Origin: Balanoglossus misakiensis | Lineage: Eukaryota > Animalia > Hemichordata | Assembly: GCA_040954595.2 (NCBI GenBank) | Contig: CM082596.2 | Location: forward strand, 8,569,124 to 8,633,123 | Direction: 5' to 3' | Length of the DNA: 64,000 bases | Shown: one piece after another, positions 61,101-64,000 of the stretch | How the letters are laid out: each line of letters starts with the position of its first letter | Position numbering within the stretch: position 1 is the stretch's first letter | Notes under the pieces: model-generated | What the model saw: the letters and a program-made list of their open reading frames with translations, nothing else | Database searches by the model: none | What the model was told of the DNA's origin: nothing | Position numbers and translations under genes: made by a program

Positions 61101-63913
61101 ATAAAGTCAAACCGCGGGAGCTGCCACTAGAGGGCTCTCCCTATCATAACAGCAATTAACCAAATTTTCAGCAAGAGACTTGCTATCAAATTTTACACAA
61201 TTGCCTTTACTAGGTCAAAGGTAAAGGACACACTGTTCACATACAAATTCAAGCATGCACAAAATCAAATCACATCTTGTTTGGCATGAACTGGAGGTGC
61301 TTTAATAACCAGTAACAACAAGAAAAACTGAACAATACTGATTTAACAAAGCACCCCACCAAAGCAGAGCTACCCAAACAAGATGTGAGAAAGGAGAAAA
61401 AGAAAGAAAACTCAACTACTCTAAACTATTACAAACAAACCACCACTGCCTCCACCCTTTTTAGACAAATGAAAGGAATGGAGGAGAAACTGGCTAGGGC
61501 TACTGGGAGAGAGCCCATGATTGTAGTAATGTAGAAGCGCTCAGTGGCAGGAATGGCAAGAAAGTCTTTGTATACTATAGAGCGCCAGTCCCCTTGCAAA
61601 CGAATCAACGAGTCTGATACTCCTGCCAGGGAAGCTGTGGTGGCCCCCCTTCACTTGAGGCTGTGAAAACTGAAGCCTAGAGGGTCAAGGCCAATGGCGG
61701 TGACTAGCGAACGAAAACGCTAGGTTAAAACAGGCTGAGTGAGTGGTTTAAATGTGCTACGGTGGTAAATTACAAATGCTGGGGAGGAGGGTGAGGCTGG
61801 AAGCAACTCAATCATATTGCATTATGCAATATGCGAGAACTGGGCAAACAGCACTGTTTGGCAGCAAAGCCAGAGGGTTGATGTATCTGTGTCCATTGGC
61901 AGCGAGTGTGATCCTGTCAATAACACTAGTGTCATCAGTGTCTGATAAATGGGTGCATGCAGAAGCAACGGTGTCCAAAGTGTCCATGTCCTGTACAGCT
62001 GCAACTGAGGCTGAATTAGAAAACAAGTGTGAACTGAGTGGCTGCAATGGAGGCGGATTTGTCTGTGACATAGCGAATTCCATCTGAGGGAGAAGTGACG
62101 TACGATTCGATGGCTGCAAGTGTGGCGGAATAGTGTGCACCTGTTCTAACATAGGTTGGCTCGCCCACTGTGGGTTGTGAAGACTGTGTAATGGTGTCTG
62201 TTGTGCTGACAATCAAAGGTTGGTAACCATGGCTAGGGTAGTGTAGATTGCGCGTCCAGTGGATCCATCTGTGTGAAATCTAGCTGAATGCAGAGACGAT
62301 GGTTTGGTAGGGGTCTCAACTGTGGAGCTCGCAATAGAGCGATCTGCAACTGCGGCGGAAAGTCAGTTGGGATGTAGGTGTCGGTGAGTCAGCCTGTGGG
62401 TTGCTTTTTTGGTTTGTATGGACATTCACTTGGTGGGTGTGACAGTTGAAGGTCGCGGATACGCAAACAGAAACGACAGATGTGATGTTCCATTATCCCT
62501 TCCTGGTTGTTGTGGTCATTGTTGAACTTACATTTTCCAAGCTGGTAGTCTGCACAGTATCTGGGGTTTGTCTTGTATTTGTAGCTGGTGTTGGCTCTCA
62601 TAGGGGCTTTGGTCAACTTGATATGTAAACATCTGGCTTTCTCCTTGGTGAAATCATATTGCCATGTGTTTTCCCCAGTCTCGATAGAACGCAGGACTGC
62701 ACAATGGAGCTCCCTGACATCGGCCCATTGGTAAATTTCTGCTAGGTGTAATAGTTCTATAAGGTGATCAGTTCTGGCAAGTCTGGTGGCAAGTGGCTCT
62801 ACATGGTGGATGATGTATAGTTCTCCACGTACTAGTGCTGGCATTGACAATGTGGCATATGATTGGTCATCAATGCTGCTGTCGGACTTGTGGGCATATT
62901 CGTGTGGCCATGGAACTTGGTAACGCACTTGCTCGCTGGATCTGCGAGCCACACCAGACTTGGGCTTTTTGCGATTGTGGAGTTTACGGAAGGTTTTGTA
63001 GTGCTGCTTACCTCCCTGCTCGAGCTGCGTGGCAGAGTCTGAGTCTGTACAGGATGACGAAGATGCTGAGGAATCTGTGTCAAACATCTTGGTATGGTGC
63101 GAGAGCAGCATTATGGCGAAGAGATGTAATGGTGGGCTTGTCCTGAGAATCCTCCATACCTGTAGGCGGTTTTGCCTTCAACTTTTCATTTCTCGCTAGT
63201 TCTCTCTTTAATTCTATTTCAATCTCCAGCTCTTCATTTTCCTTCTTAATCGCCTCTAGCATTTGCTTTTTAGGGCTGATAATGTCTCGATTACCTTCGC
63301 TGGTGTCCGGCTTAGACCATTCTGTCTTGATTGTGTCCTTTGTATTTTTCAAGTGGTCAGATGGTGTCACACTTGAAGTGCTGGCGTGCGTTTGAGGCGA
63401 CGATTTGTGGTCCATCTCGAAGGAGTTGTCCTTGTTTTCTCTACAGAGGTGTCCGGAAGGTCCTTTGTGGTGTTTCAAGTAGATAAGACAGGTTCTGCAA
63501 AGTCTTTGCGGCCTAGATGACATCGGATTGCAAATTGAGATTGCTCAGAAAATGTGACTGGTAACAAAATGGCGTTCTGCAAGGCATCATGGGAGATAAA
63601 GTCAAACCGCGGGAGCTGCCACTAGAGGGCTCTCCCTATCATAACAGCAATTAACCAAATTTTCAGCAAGAGACTTGCTATCAAATTTTACACAATTAAT
63701 TCTAATCAACAAACAAACATACATGTATGTGTTTGTTTGTTTGTTTAAGGAAACCTCACATTACATTTCAATTTTTGTGACATTGTTCTCATGCTCCTCC
63801 TTCATTACTTACAGAATGGAGACACACCTTTGCACTTTGCACCAAGGGATGGCGATGAAGGCCGTGTCAGATTGTTATTGGAACACAAAGCTGATGCTAA
63901 CATACAAAACAAG
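44941..63913 (+). CDS. Multidomain putative innate-immune/cell-death protein: DED, GT-B glycosyltransferase-like, coiled coil, TRADD-N-like, ankyrin repeats (3' end outside window). Exons 44941-45001, 45569-46114, 46566-46781, 47075-48283, 51286-51387, 51508-51600, 52034-52822, 52995-53041, 53478-53543, 54046-54111, 54436-54549, then the ankyrin exons
   Basis: All exons bounded by AG/GT with compatible phases (phase 1 through 52995, then phase 0), giving a continuous stop-free frame; domain calls from motif recognition. Confidence 0.8.
47075..48283 (+). CDS. GT-B fold glycosyltransferase-like (GT4/Glycos_transf_1) exon
   Basis: AKIILINHTIP; ASAVFSVGPDVFEHY; SQDDIYRYLRLSNVCIIPPDEPFRMEGLRSIAAGLPVLV resembles the GT4 EPFGLVxLEAxAxGxPVI motif. 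Confidence 0.75.
48508..50655. mobile_element. Non-autonomous DNA transposon with 6-bp TSD and TAYGG ends (IS3EU-like), subterminal repeat arrays
   Basis: aaagac|TATGGAGTGTAATTCATGCCAAAATTAGCAC...GTGCTAATTTTGGCATGAATTACACTCCATA|aaagac; TTTTCGAT arrays 48543-48830 and inverted ATCGAAAA arrays 50360-50620. Confidence 0.8.
52034..52822 (+). CDS. Exon with charged coiled-coil repeats followed by a TRADD-N-like domain
   Basis: Repeats of MELETEQKR/MDHETEHKK; then LDGVVQGSLWFLLSFLSEEDIDYFWQKYKAGEVDEMLSGILIT, matching the invertebrate TRADD-N pattern (GS-hydrophobic strand...W..Y..G). Confidence 0.7.
53478..54111 (+). repeat. Duplicated 66-bp exon with flanking intron (53478-53543, 54046-54111)
   Basis: VHLTDSESGKGTTASQKYNDPQ vs VHLTVSEAGKGTTAWQEYNDSQ; shared TTGGGGATATTTCAG acceptor. 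Confidence 0.85.
53570..53877. mobile_element. Kolobok-type MITE, different family
   Basis: ttaa|AGCGCATAGCTCGTCTCA...TGAGACGAGCTACGCGCT|ttaa. Confidence 0.8.
54436..54549 (+). CDS. N-capping ankyrin exon
   Basis: VLINAAKHGDIAKIQSLIADGYDVNARG...; tacag acceptor, gtaagt donor, phase 0. Confidence 0.8.
55114..57526 (+). mobile_element. Helentron-associated non-autonomous element (HINE), same termini family as 21319-25357
   Basis: TTTTT|GGGTCCCATTGG...CATGGGACC, (GGAT)n at 55185-55222, 3' AATGGGACC...GTCCTTGACGCGA|TTTTT; 55114-55370 is the reverse complement of ~25100-25357. Confidence 0.7.
56566..57418. mobile_element. Non-autonomous element with 7-bp TSD and CA..TG TIRs (P-element-like), nested in the HINE
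   Basis: atgtacc|CACGGTTACTAGAAGAAGACGGTTAGGAAACT...AGTTTCCTAACCGTCTTCTTCTAGTAACCGTG|atgtacc. Confidence 0.8.
57560..60750 (+). repeat. Tandem array of ~245-bp units, each one ankyrin exon plus intron (13 units). Exons 57688-57783, 57930-58031, 58185-58283, 58413-58511, 58658-58756, 58906-59007, 59169-59267, 59397-59495, 59642-59743, 59892-59999, 60146-60244, 60386-60484, 60622-60720
   Basis: Each unit CTTCATTACTTACAG|xxxGGAGACACACCTTTG...AAG|GTAAAT encodes xGDTPLHxAAxxGDEGxVRLLLEHKADANIQNK; all phase 0, 96-108 nt. Confidence 0.95.
61525..61885 (-). pseudogene. Tyrosine recombinase C-terminal remnant
   Basis: CPVLAY; GLDPLGFSFHSLK*RGATTASLAGVSDSLIRLQGDWRSIVYKDF corresponds to the HSxRxGxAT...GxWxS..Y catalytic motifs, with a stop and frameshifts. 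Confidence 0.8.
62389..63523 (-). pseudogene. Frameshifted gag-like ORF1 of the DIRS/Ngaro element (63523-63080 and 63111-62389)
   Basis: N-terminal CRTC..HHKGPSGHLC knuckle; WPHEY...YATLSMPALVRGEL...YQWADVRELH..VLRSIETGENTW; C-terminal CADYQLGKC...H...HICRFC...HPPSECP zinc fingers. Confidence 0.75.
63815..63913 (+). CDS. 14th ankyrin exon; array continues beyond window
   Basis: NGDTPLHFAPRDGDEGRVRLLLEHKADANIQNK with the same flanking intron sequence. Confidence 0.9.
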
Positions 63914-64000
63914 GTAAATACAAACCTGACTTCTATAGGTTAATTCTAATCAACAAACAAACAAACATGTGATTGTTTGTTTGTTTAAGGAAACCTCACA

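Larger units (their letters stand above)
60751..63695 (-). mobile_element. Tyrosine-recombinase retrotransposon (DIRS order, Ngaro/PAT-type split direct repeats), internally deleted
   Basis: A1 63547-63695 = A2 61052-61200; B1 61201-61360 = B2 60751-60910, giving A1-ORFs-B1-A2-B2 on - strand; gag-like ORFs and YR remnant; ankyrin intron resumes on both sides. Confidence 0.9.

Noticed and set aside
1-64000. tRNA, rRNA or prokaryotic systems
   Set aside because: None recognised; poly-G/C runs and hairpins are explained by MITEs

Overview
Eukaryotic, intron-rich, AT-rich animal DNA. The gene and repeat content suggests a marine invertebrate deuterostome such as a hemichordate (inference). Left to right: (1) the last two acidic exons of an unidentified + strand gene; (2) a 5-exon + strand gene for a signal peptide-TSP1-Ig-TM protein with a Tyr/Asp-rich tail, architecturally like TMEM81; (3) an ARID4A/B orthologue (+, 18 recognisable coding exons, 12365-30249, with an LxCxE motif); (4) B9D2 (-, 3 coding exons); (5) from 44941 past the window end, a large + strand gene joining a death effector domain, a GT-B glycosyltransferase-like domain, coiled-coil repeats, a TRADD-N-like domain and at least 14 single-ankyrin-repeat exons. 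The ankyrin exons sit in a ~245-bp exon+intron tandem array with near-identical introns, while amino-acid variation concentrates at ligand-facing positions. This looks like an exon-shuffling, DARPin-library-like immune receptor and is the most interesting signal. The array is interrupted by an internally deleted Ngaro/PAT-type DIRS retroelement. Introns and intergenic DNA hold many non-autonomous elements (Kolobok-, piggyBac-, Harbinger-, AcademH-, IS3EU-, P-, Zisupton-, Zator-, Crypton-like, Helentron-like HINEs, a duplicated solo LTR, a CR1/L2 fragment). All gene models were spliced by eye and no database search was run.
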